Source: Candidatus Limiplasma sp. (lineage in GTDB: Bacteria; Bacillota; Clostridia; Christensenellales; Aristaeellaceae). Taken from it: a DNA stretch of 64,000 nucleotides. Where the stretch lies: NCBI GenBank assembly GCA_034928535.1, contig JAYFOV010000004.1, positions 1,173 to 65,172 of the forward strand. The letters run 5' to 3'. How positions within the stretch are numbered: the stretch's first letter is position 1; the number at the start of each line of letters is the position of its first letter. A program made the translations under genes and the position numbers. Below the pieces are notes generated by a model. That model ran no database searches and had not been told where the DNA came from. It saw nothing but the letters and a program-made list of their open reading frames with translations. Of this stretch, positions 9,489 through 17,807 are shown one piece after another.

Positions 9489-9517
9489 TTTACCCCAGCG
9501 GCAAGCTATGGTATAAT
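9489..9517 (+). promoter_or_regulatory. Promoter TTTACC-N17-TATAAT with an extended -10 (TGG)
   Basis: The hexamers and spacing are visible upstream of the 9616 CDS. Confidence 0.5.
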
Positions 9518-9615
9518 GCATCTGTTTTATCTGGGATGATCCTTCCCGCATACGCAACAGCTGATCGCTTTTCCCTCGTTTGGACTGCAATTATAGACCA
9601 AAAGGAGGTACGCCC

Positions 9616-10107
9616 TTGTATCGTTATTCCAACCGGAGCAGGTTTAACAACATCATGCGCTCCAACCGTTACCGCCCGATTTTAGTGATCGTGCTCATCA
9701 TTGTGGCCGCGTTTGTGCTGCTCAAGCTGGTAGGTGTCGGCGGGCTGAGCGAGGCGCATTTTGAGAGCCAGCGCAACGCCAAGCTGCGCTCGGAGATCCA
9801 GCATGCCGTGAGCCAGACCAACACCCTAAGCCGTTTGGGTGCCACCAGCACCAGCAATATATTGGGGCGCATCCGCCAGTATGTGCACGGGATCGAGGTG
9901 CTCAACGACCTGAATGTGAGCATGTTCGGCGAGGTGGGGCGGCTGTACGCCCAGAGCACTTTTGACGATATTTATACCATCATCGATACGTATGACGCGC
10001 GGCTGTCCAGCGGGCAAAAAGTAAATGATTCGCTTGCATCGCTGATCGCAAGCATCACCAACCTGAGCAATACGACCATCGCCATCATCGGGGCGTCCGC
10101 CCAGTAG
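9616..10107 (+). CDS. Hypothetical membrane-anchored protein (N-terminal TM helix)
   Basis: TTG start 7 nt after RBS AAAGGAGG. TM segment ILVIVLIIVAAFVLLKLVGV. No family recognised. Confidence 0.55.
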   Translation: MYRYSNRSRFNNIMRSNRYRPILVIVLIIVAAFVLLKLVGVGGLSEAHFESQRNAKLRSEIQHAVSQTNTLSRLGATSTSNILGRIRQYVHGIEVLNDLNVSMFGEVGRLYAQSTFDDIYTIIDTYDARLSSGQKVNDSLASLIASITNLSNTTIAIIGASAQ

Positions 10108-10123
10108 CGATGCGCCATCCGCC

Positions 10124-10152
10124 TTGCCAAACCGGGCGGGCAGGGCTATAAT
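10124..10152 (+). promoter_or_regulatory. Promoter TTGCCA-N17-TATAAT upstream of murI
   Basis: The hexamers and the 17-nt spacer are visible. Confidence 0.55.
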
Positions 10153-10180
10153 GGTGCCAGTTTTGCGGAGGTGGTTGACT

Positions 10181-11002
10181 GTGGACGCGCGTCCCATCGG
10201 CGTTTTTGACAGTGGCTTTGGCGGGATCACAGTGCTGGCGGAAGTGGCAAAGCTGCTTCCCGGCGAGGATCTGATCTTTCTGGGCGATAACCTGCACGCT
10301 CCTTATGGTGACCGTTCCCCTGCGGAGGTGCTCGCCTACACGCGCGCTGCGGTGGATCTGCTGCTGGCGCAGGACTGCAAGGCGATCGTGATTGCCTGCA
10401 ACACCGCCACCAGCGCGGCTGGCGCAGCGGTGCGGCAAGCTTACAGCCTGCCCATCATCGGCATGGAACCGGCGCTCAAACCGGCCGAGCTGCTCCCCGG
10501 CGAAGGTAATGTGCTGGTCATGGCCACCGCCATGACCTTACGGCTTGAAAAATTTCATTTGCTGATGCAGCGCTATGGCCAGCATGCCATCCCTGTTCCC
10601 TGCCCCGGGCTGGTGGAACTGATCGAAGCGGGCGAGGTGGCGGGCGAGCGGATGCAGGCCATGTTGCATGCGCTGCTTTCGCCACACCTGAAAGACCCAG
10701 TCAAGGCTGTGGTGCTGGGTTGCACGCATTATGTGTTTTTGCGGCCGACGCTGGCGGCATTTTTGCCCGGTAGCGTGCAATTGGTGGATGGGAATCTGGG
10801 CACGGCACGCCAACTCCAAGCGCAGCTGATGCAGCATGACCTGCTCCGCGATACCGAGCCGGCCGCGCCGGGTGGACGTACCATCCGCTTTGCCAGCACT
10901 GCCCCGGGAGATGCCATCCCCCGGCGCATGGAAGCATGGTTTGCCCGCGCGCTGGCCTTGGCAGGCGCGGCTTGCATTTCCCAGACGGGTACGGTACAAT
11001 GA
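10181..11002 (+). CDS. murI: Glutamate racemase
   Basis: GTG start after RBS GGAGGTGG. Motifs IGVFDSGFGG, ACNTAT and LGCTHY match the MurI catalytic Cys motifs. Confidence 0.9.
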   Translation: MDARPIGVFDSGFGGITVLAEVAKLLPGEDLIFLGDNLHAPYGDRSPAEVLAYTRAAVDLLLAQDCKAIVIACNTATSAAGAAVRQAYSLPIIGMEPALKPAELLPGEGNVLVMATAMTLRLEKFHLLMQRYGQHAIPVPCPGLVELIEAGEVAGERMQAMLHALLSPHLKDPVKAVVLGCTHYVFLRPTLAAFLPGSVQLVDGNLGTARQLQAQLMQHDLLRDTEPAAPGGRTIRFASTAPGDAIPRRMEAWFARALALAGAACISQTGTVQ

Positions 11003-11049
11003 AGGAGATAAATCCAAACGCTGCTTGCAGCGGGTTAGGTTGGTTATGC

Positions 11050-12159
11050 ATGAAAAAAGTGATGCTCATCTTCGGCACCAGACCGGAGGCGATCAAAATG
11101 TGCCCTCTGGTGCATGTGCTTGAGCGCCACCCGTCCTTTGAAACGGTCGTGTGTGTCACGGGGCAACACCGCCAGATGCTGGATCAAATCCTGACCTGTT
11201 TTCAGGTGACTCCTAAATACGATCTGTGCATCATGCAGCAAAAACAAACCCTGTTTGACGTTACCGTGAATATTCTCCAGCGGATCCGCGAGATTTTGGA
11301 GGCGGAAAAACCGGATGTGGTGCTGGTGCACGGCGATACCTCCACCGCCTTTGTGACCTCGCTGGCCTGTTTTTATTTGCAGATCCCCGTAGGCCATGTG
11401 GAGGCGGGACTGCGCACATATAACCTGCACTCCCCTTTTCCCGAGGAGTTCAACCGCCAGGCAGTGGATCTGATCGCTAAATTCTATTTTGCCCCCACGG
11501 AAATGAGCCGGGACAACCTCCTGCGCGAAGGCAAGCCGGAAGGCGCAGTGTATGTGACCGGGAATACCGTTATCGATGCGCTATCCACCACTGTACGGGA
11601 AGATTATTCCCACCCCGAAATCGAGTGGGCGGCGGGCAGCCGGCTGCTGCTGCTGACGGCGCACCGCCGCGAGAACCTTGGCACACCCATGCGCCACATG
11701 TTCACAGCCATCCGCCGCGTGGTGGATGAAACGCCGGATGTCAAGCTGATCTACCCCATGCACATGAACCCCAGCGTGCGGGACATGGCGCGCCGCTGCT
11801 TTTCCGGGCAGGATCGCATCCATATGATTGAGCCGTTGGATGTGCTGGATTTTCATAATGTGATGGCGCGCGCCTACCTGATCATGACGGACAGCGGCGG
11901 CATCCAGGAAGAAGCCCCTTCCCTGGGCAAGCCGGTGCTGGTGATGCGCGACACCACCGAGCGCCCTGAGGGTGTGGATGCGGGCACCCTGCGCTTGGTC
12001 GGCACCGGCGAACAACCCATATATGACGCGGTGATGGAACTGCTCACAAATCCCGATAAATACCATGAGATGGAGCGCTCCATGAATCCCTATGGGGATG
12101 GACACGCCAGCGAGCGCATCGCCGATATTCTGGCTACCTACTTTCACCTGAACCGTTGA
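11050..12159 (+). CDS. wecB: UDP-N-acetylglucosamine 2-epimerase (non-hydrolysing)
   Basis: MKKVMLIFGTRPEAIKM N-terminus, plus HGDTST, HVEAGLRT and TDSGGIQEEAPSLGKPVLVMR. Confidence 0.9.
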   Translation: MKKVMLIFGTRPEAIKMCPLVHVLERHPSFETVVCVTGQHRQMLDQILTCFQVTPKYDLCIMQQKQTLFDVTVNILQRIREILEAEKPDVVLVHGDTSTAFVTSLACFYLQIPVGHVEAGLRTYNLHSPFPEEFNRQAVDLIAKFYFAPTEMSRDNLLREGKPEGAVYVTGNTVIDALSTTVREDYSHPEIEWAAGSRLLLLTAHRRENLGTPMRHMFTAIRRVVDETPDVKLIYPMHMNPSVRDMARRCFSGQDRIHMIEPLDVLDFHNVMARAYLIMTDSGGIQEEAPSLGKPVLVMRDTTERPEGVDAGTLRLVGTGEQPIYDAVMELLTNPDKYHEMERSMNPYGDGHASERIADILATYFHLNR

Positions 12160-12181
12160 AGCCAAGTTAGCCAACCTTACA

Positions 12182-12219
12182 CAGCCAGAGGGCAGATGCC
12201 CCTCTGGCTGCGTTTTGTT
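12182..12219 (+). terminator. Intrinsic terminator after wecB
   Basis: 11-bp stem CAGCCAGAGGG/CCCTCTGGCTG followed by CGTTTTGTT. Confidence 0.75.
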
Positions 12220-12418
12220 ATGGCGGCGGCTCTGCTGGCCGCGCGCTTCGGGCTGATGCGCCGAATCCTGCAGGCGCTGCTTCCCGGGTCCGCTCATCGG
12301 GCTGGATGCACGCATCCGCCCCCTGCGCTCCGCGGAGACGCCCCGGCGCTCATATCCGTCAAGCCCTTTTCTCACAAGCATTTTACGATGATTTGTTTAG
12401 CCCATCTAACAATTTTGG

Positions 12419-12447
12419 TTGCATGCCCAAGCGCTTTGCGGTATAAT
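12419..12447 (+). promoter_or_regulatory. Promoter TTGCAT-N17-TATAAT for the SDR and tridomain-synthase cassette
   Basis: Near-consensus hexamers with a 17-nt spacer, about 50 nt upstream of the SDR GTG start. Confidence 0.65.
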
Positions 12448-12497
12448 TCGGGTGTTTATCTTCCTCATAATACTGCACTGATTCCCGGAGGTACAAT

Positions 12498-13334
12498 GTG
12501 AACAGAGGAACCGCATGGGTCATCGGTGCCTCCAGCGGCCTGGGATTGGCGACGGCGGAAGCCCTCGCTGCCGATGGCTGGCAGGTGGTATCGGGCGCGC
12601 GTCGTTTTGTCGCGCCATCGGCAAGGGACCCTGCCGAACCCGGCATCCACACCCTCCCCCTGGATGTGACCGACCCCGCCAGCCGCGCGGCCTTCACGGA
12701 CGCGGCACTGGCCATCAGTCCCAGGGTGGATGCCCTCGTCTACTGCGCGGCCGTGCTGGTGCTCGGCCCCTGCGAGCACACGACCGCAGGCGAATATGAC
12801 CGTGTGATGCAGACTAATTTTTTGGGGCTGGTGGCGATGGTCAATGCCGCCTTGCCGCGCATGCGCGCGCAGGGGCACGGGCGGATCATCCTGTTTTCCT
12901 CCATCAACGGTCTGCTGGGCATCCCATTCCAAAGCGCATATACGGCCAGCAAGCACGCCATTGAAGGTTACGCGGAGTGCCTTGCCATGGAGGTCAAACC
13001 CTTTGGCGTGCAGGTGTGTTTGGTGGAGCCGGGGGATCACCGCGGGGGCAGCCAGCACACACGGCTGCATGCTTCCTGCGCCCAGGCGGATAATCCCTAC
13101 GCAACGCCATGCCAAAGCGCGCTGGGCGTGATCCACCGGGATGAAAGCAGCGGCCTGGCCCCGGAGCGGCTGGGGCAGCGGGTCGCACGCAACGCCCGCC
13201 GCAAGCGCATGCGCTTTCGCCTGCGCGTTGCCAAGGTGGATCAGCACCTGGCAGTGTATCTGCACAAACTGCTTCCTGCGCGGCTCAACTTCCACATCCT
13301 GACCGACTATTATCACAAAGGAGGTCGCTCATGA
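12498..13334 (+). CDS. Classical short-chain dehydrogenase/reductase (candidate 3-keto reductase of the cassette)
   Basis: GTG start 6 nt after GGAGG. Cofactor motif GASSGLG, NFLG, and catalytic SS...YTASK. The stop overlaps the next ATG (ATGA). Confidence 0.8.
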   Translation: MNRGTAWVIGASSGLGLATAEALAADGWQVVSGARRFVAPSARDPAEPGIHTLPLDVTDPASRAAFTDAALAISPRVDALVYCAAVLVLGPCEHTTAGEYDRVMQTNFLGLVAMVNAALPRMRAQGHGRIILFSSINGLLGIPFQSAYTASKHAIEGYAECLAMEVKPFGVQVCLVEPGDHRGGSQHTRLHASCAQADNPYATPCQSALGVIHRDESSGLAPERLGQRVARNARRKRMRFRLRVAKVDQHLAVYLHKLLPARLNFHILTDYYHKGGRS

Positions 13335-16300
13335 ACCTGTTGGACATCGGCGCGATCAGCCGCACGCTGCGCGCTGATATGCGTCTGGAAACCCTTTATC
13401 ATATCATATGCAATTATGGCGATACCGAAGCGGCCGTATGGCTGGAAAACGGACAGGAAAAATCTTATACCTTTCAGGATTATGCCCGGATGACCCGCAA
13501 CTACGCCGCCGCCATCCGCAAGCAGCTTGGCGCAGCCCCCGGCGCATATGTCGCCATTTCTCTGGACACCTGCAAGGAATGGTTTCCCGTGTTCTGGGGT
13601 GTGATCCAGGCCGGCTACAACGCCCTGCTGGTGGATGCCGCCCTGAGCGATGATATGGTCGCCTACCTGCTGGGGCAATCAGGCGCCAAGGGCATCATTG
13701 CCGCCAAAACCCGCGCGCTGCCGGAGGGCGTCACGCCCATCATGCTGACCTCGCTCATGGCCGCGCCGGATGCGCCCGCAGATTTTGTGGCGGTCTATGG
13801 CGATCAGGTAGGCCTTTGCACCAGCGGCACCACGGGCACCAGCCGCATCTTTGTGTATCATGGGCATGCAGTGGTGGAGCAGGTGCTCTCCAGCGAGATC
13901 CTGCACCGTGCGCAAAAGCGCATCATCGGCGCGGAGCACCGGCGCGCGCTGGCATTCCTGCCGTTCCATCATGTGTTTGGCTTCATGGCCAACGTGATGT
14001 GGGTCCATTTTTTAGGTTATGCCAACATTTATATGGAAAACCGCACCCCTCAGGTCATTTTGGAAACCGCCCAGCGTTTCCAGCCGGAACTGCTGATGGC
14101 CGTGCCGCTGCTGGCCAATAACTTTTGCGCCGGGCTGTCGCGCAGCCTGTCCAAACAGAGCGCACTCAAACGCGGCATGTTCAAAGTGCTCAAGGGCATC
14201 AGCCTGGGCGTGCAAACGGTGGCACCCTCTGTGGGTTTGACCCTGGCGGAGAAGCTGCTTTTTGCCGGTATTGACCGCAAGCTGCTGGGCACCAACATCA
14301 AGGTGATCATCCTGGGCGGCAGCCACACCCCCAGCGAGCACCTGCGCACCCTCAACGCGCTGGGGTATTATACCGTGTGCGGGTTTGGTATGACCGAAAC
14401 CGCCGTGACCAGCCTGGAAACCACCTTAAACCTGCGCAAGCGCGTGAGCGGCTCCGTCGGCAAACCCCTGAACAACGTGGAATACCGCGTGACTCCCGGC
14501 GAGAAAAAGGGACGGCGCGGCGAGATGCTCATCCGGGGCAAATCCATCCACACCGGCAGGCTTGTGGACGGTCAGCTGCTCCCGCCCGATACGCTGGAAG
14601 GCGGCTGGTACCCCACCGGCGATGTGGTTCGGCTGGAAAAGGGCGACCGCATGTTTGTGGAAGGCCGCTGCAAGGATGTGATCATCAACGAATCCGGCGA
14701 GAACGTCTATCCGGATGAGCTGGAGGATGCATTCAGCGCCATGGAAGGCGTGGAACAGTTCACGGTGCTGGGCGTGCTCAAGCCCGGCAAAAACCAGAAG
14801 TACGAGGACATCGTGCTGGCCATGAACGTGGGCGATCATTACAAGGACGATGCCTATCTGGAAAGCCTGATGCGTCAGGTGTTGGCCGTCAATGCCAAGC
14901 TGCCGACGCTCAAGCGCGTCAGCCGGGTAATCGTCACCGCCGAAAAACTCCCGCTGGTCAACGGCATCAAGGTCAAGCGCCTTGCCCTGAAGACCATGCT
15001 GCAGGAGAATAAACTCGCCTACCGTGATCTGCGCATGACCCTGCAAAAAACCGCGCCGCAGGAAGCCCCCGCCCCCGAGGTGGTCGCGCGCGAGGTCAAG
15101 CCTACCGATCTGCAAATGAACGAAATCAAGCAGAAGGTGCGCGCCCTCTACGCTGAGGCACTATCGCTGGATGTGGGCGCGTTTGCGGATGATGCGCATT
15201 TTATCGATGATCTGCACGGCGATAGCCTTCAAGTGTTAGCCGCGGCCCTCAAAGCGGAGGAGCAGTTCAATGTGAACATCCCCGTAGAGGAGTATGGCCG
15301 CTGCACCACCGTGGAGGATATGAGCGCGCTCATCTACGGCAAGCTCAACGGTGTGGGCGCATATGAAAACCAGTCCCAGCCGGATGAGGAAATCACCCCC
15401 ATCCGCACCTTTGAGGAAACGCCGGAGTTCATCGCTTTCCAGAACCGGATGCATGCGCTCATGAGCACCGGGGAGGATAACCCCTACTTTGTGTGCCATG
15501 AATCCCCTTTGCGGGACAAGAGCCTGATGGCCGGCCATGAGGTGCTCAATTTTGGCAGCTACAACTATGTAGGCATGAGCGGACGCCCCGAGGTGCAGGC
15601 CGCCGCCAAGGCCGCCATAGACCAATACGGCACCAGCGCCAGCGGCAGCCGCCTCCTGGCCGGGGAAAAGAAGCTGTATCAGGAGTTGGAGCGCGAGCTG
15701 GCCGATTGGAAGCACGCGGAGGATTGTCTGGTGCTGGTGGGCGGCCACTCCACCAACGTGACGCTGGTGGGCAATTTCTGCGGCAAGAATGACCTGATCG
15801 TGTATGATGCGCTGGCGCATAACTCCATCGAGCAGGGGTGCAGGCTCAGCCGGGCGACCAGCAAGCCCTTCCCCCATAACGATCCGGAGGCGCTGGAAAG
15901 CATCCTGCGCACCCAGCGCGACCGCTATGCCAAGGTGCTGATCGTGATTGAGGGCGCCTACAGCATGGATGGCGACATCGCCAATGTGCCCGCCTTTGTA
16001 GCGCTCAAGAAAAAGTACGGCTGCTTCCTCCTGGTGGATGAGGCTCACAGTGCCTGCGTGATCGGCGAGACCGGCGGCGGCGTGGACGAGTATTTCGGCC
16101 TTGCCCCGGACGATGTGGATATCAAGATGGGTACGCTGTCCAAGGGGCTTGGCACATGCGGCGGCTACTTGGCCGGGTCGCGGAGCATCATCGAATACCT
16201 GCGCTATAACCTGCCGGGCTTTGTTTTCAGCGTGGGCATATCGCCGCCGCTGGCCGCTGCCACGCTGGAAAGCGTGCGGCAACTACGCCACAATCCGCAA

Positions 16301-16627
16301 ATCATGGCGGATATGAAGCGCAATATTGATTGTTTTGCGGCCGAAGCCAGGGCACGCTCGCTGGACATCTGCCTGGCGGGACACACCGCCGTCATCCCTG
16401 TGATGGTGGGGCGCGATGAAGATGCGTTCCTTCTGTCCAACAAGATGCGGGAGCGCGGCGTGTTCGTACCCCCGGCCGTGTATCCTGCTGTACCTAAGAA
16501 CAAAGCGCGCCTCCGCTTTTGCGTGATCAGCGAGCACAAGCCGGAGCAGATCGTGACCGCGCTGGATACGCTGGTGGCCTTGGCGGCGGAGCTGGACATC
16601 AAGCTGCCTACGCCCAGCGGCAAGTAA
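13331..16627 (+). CDS. Tridomain enzyme: fatty-acyl-AMP/ACP ligase domain, acyl-carrier domain, and alpha-oxoamine synthase domain (SPT/AONS/KBL family, PLP-dependent)
   Basis: Adenylation motifs TSGTTGTSR, GFGMTET, YPTGD and GRCKDVIINESGENVYP. Carrier motif DDLHGDSLQV. AOS motifs NFGSYNYVG, YSMDGD, DEAHS and GTLSKGLG (PLP lysine). Confidence 0.85.
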   Translation: MNLLDIGAISRTLRADMRLETLYHIICNYGDTEAAVWLENGQEKSYTFQDYARMTRNYAAAIRKQLGAAPGAYVAISLDTCKEWFPVFWGVIQAGYNALLVDAALSDDMVAYLLGQSGAKGIIAAKTRALPEGVTPIMLTSLMAAPDAPADFVAVYGDQVGLCTSGTTGTSRIFVYHGHAVVEQVLSSEILHRAQKRIIGAEHRRALAFLPFHHVFGFMANVMWVHFLGYANIYMENRTPQVILETAQRFQPELLMAVPLLANNFCAGLSRSLSKQSALKRGMFKVLKGISLGVQTVAPSVGLTLAEKLLFAGIDRKLLGTNIKVIILGGSHTPSEHLRTLNALGYYTVCGFGMTETAVTSLETTLNLRKRVSGSVGKPLNNVEYRVTPGEKKGRRGEMLIRGKSIHTGRLVDGQLLPPDTLEGGWYPTGDVVRLEKGDRMFVEGRCKDVIINESGENVYPDELEDAFSAMEGVEQFTVLGVLKPGKNQKYEDIVLAMNVGDHYKDDAYLESLMRQVLAVNAKLPTLKRVSRVIVTAEKLPLVNGIKVKRLALKTMLQENKLAYRDLRMTLQKTAPQEAPAPEVVAREVKPTDLQMNEIKQKVRALYAEALSLDVGAFADDAHFIDDLHGDSLQVLAAALKAEEQFNVNIPVEEYGRCTTVEDMSALIYGKLNGVGAYENQSQPDEEITPIRTFEETPEFIAFQNRMHALMSTGEDNPYFVCHESPLRDKSLMAGHEVLNFGSYNYVGMSGRPEVQAAAKAAIDQYGTSASGSRLLAGEKKLYQELERELADWKHAEDCLVLVGGHSTNVTLVGNFCGKNDLIVYDALAHNSIEQGCRLSRATSKPFPHNDPEALESILRTQRDRYAKVLIVIEGAYSMDGDIANVPAFVALKKKYGCFLLVDEAHSACVIGETGGGVDEYFGLAPDDVDIKMGTLSKGLGTCGGYLAGSRSIIEYLRYNLPGFVFSVGISPPLAAATLESVRQLRHNPQIMADMKRNIDCFAAEARARSLDICLAGHTAVIPVMVGRDEDAFLLSNKMRERGVFVPPAVYPAVPKNKARLRFCVISEHKPEQIVTALDTLVALAAELDIKLPTPSGK

Positions 16628-16637
16628 ATCGCCCTGT

Positions 16638-16678
16638 AGCCGGGAACAGAGGGAATCCCCCTCCGCTCCCGGCTTTTT
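16638..16678 (+). terminator. Intrinsic terminator after the tridomain gene
   Basis: Stem AGCCGGGA/TCCCGGCT followed by TTTTT. Confidence 0.7.
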
Positions 16679-16725
16679 GCATGCCCGGTGCTCGGCGTTT
16701 TGCGCGCTGCACAGCAGTCCTGCCC

Positions 16726-16754
16726 TTGACACGTTTTTCAAAATGCCCTATGCT
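16726..16754 (+). promoter_or_regulatory. Promoter TTGACA-N17-TATGCT upstream of rsmI
   Basis: The hexamers and spacing are visible. Confidence 0.55.
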
Positions 16755-16832
16755 AACCATGCCCATTCGGACAAATCAAACACGCGCCTGCCCGCAGCCC
16801 GGGCAGTGCCTTGCAGGATTGGAGACACATCC

Positions 16833-17696
16833 ATGCCGACGCTCTATGTGGTGGCAACCCCCATCGGCAACCTGGGCGATATGAGCCCTCGGGCGCTGGA
16901 AACCCTCCGGCAGGTTTCCCTGATCGCGGCGGAGGATACCCGCGTCACACAGAAGTTACTGGCCGCCTTTGACATCCACACCCCTCTGACCAGCTGCCAT
17001 GAGCACAACGAGCGCGCCAAAGCAGCGCAGATCGTAGCCCGCATGCTGGCCGAGGGCATTGATGTGGCCGTCACGACTGATGCGGGCACGCCCTGCATCA
17101 GCGATCCGGGGAGTCTGCTCACTGCGGAGGCCATCCGCAGCGGCATCCCCGTGCTGGCTGTGCCCGGTTGCAGCGCGGTAGTCGCCGCGCTGAGCATCAG
17201 CGGTATGCCCATCACGGATTACACCTTCTATGGGTTTTTACCCCGCCAAAAGGTGGAACTGACCGAAAAACTGCTCGCCATGGCACGTGCTTCGCAAATC
17301 GCCGTGGTGTATGAATCGCCGCACCGCATCCTGGATCTGCTCGCCTGTGTGCAGGCAGCGCTGCCCAAAACCCAGGTGAGCGCCAGCTGCGACCTGACCA
17401 AGAAATTTGAACTGACGGTGCGCGGCACAGTGGGCGAGGTGCTCGCCGCGCTGCAAGCCAACCCCAAGGCAGATAAAGGCGAATATTGTGTGGTGTTGCA
17501 GTGGCACGATGCCCTGCCCCAAGCTTTGCCGCCCTGCACCCTGTCGCTGGAGGCACAGCTCTTTGACGCGCTGCTGAGCGGGCACACGCTTCGCGAAGCT
17601 ACCGACGCGCTGGTTGCCGCAGGCGAACGGAAAAATGCCGTCAAGGCCGCCGCGCTGCGCGTGAAGCATATGCTCCCTGACGCGGACGATGCCTGA
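16833..17696 (+). CDS. rsmI: 16S rRNA (cytidine1402-2'-O)-methyltransferase
   Basis: Start at MPTLYVVATPIGNLGD, the tetrapyrrole-methylase-like fold signature of RsmI. RBS GGAGA. Confidence 0.85.
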   Translation: MPTLYVVATPIGNLGDMSPRALETLRQVSLIAAEDTRVTQKLLAAFDIHTPLTSCHEHNERAKAAQIVARMLAEGIDVAVTTDAGTPCISDPGSLLTAEAIRSGIPVLAVPGCSAVVAALSISGMPITDYTFYGFLPRQKVELTEKLLAMARASQIAVVYESPHRILDLLACVQAALPKTQVSASCDLTKKFELTVRGTVGEVLAALQANPKADKGEYCVVLQWHDALPQALPPCTLSLEAQLFDALLSGHTLREATDALVAAGERKNAVKAAALRVKHMLPDADDA

Positions 17697-17807
17697 CCGC
17701 CCACCGCCGCTTCGCCATACAACATAACAGCTCTGCGCCTGTGCGCAGGCGGAAGGGAGCACCCGCAAGCCCCTGCGCCCTTAGCGCACGGCAGGCGGCC
17801 ACCCAGC

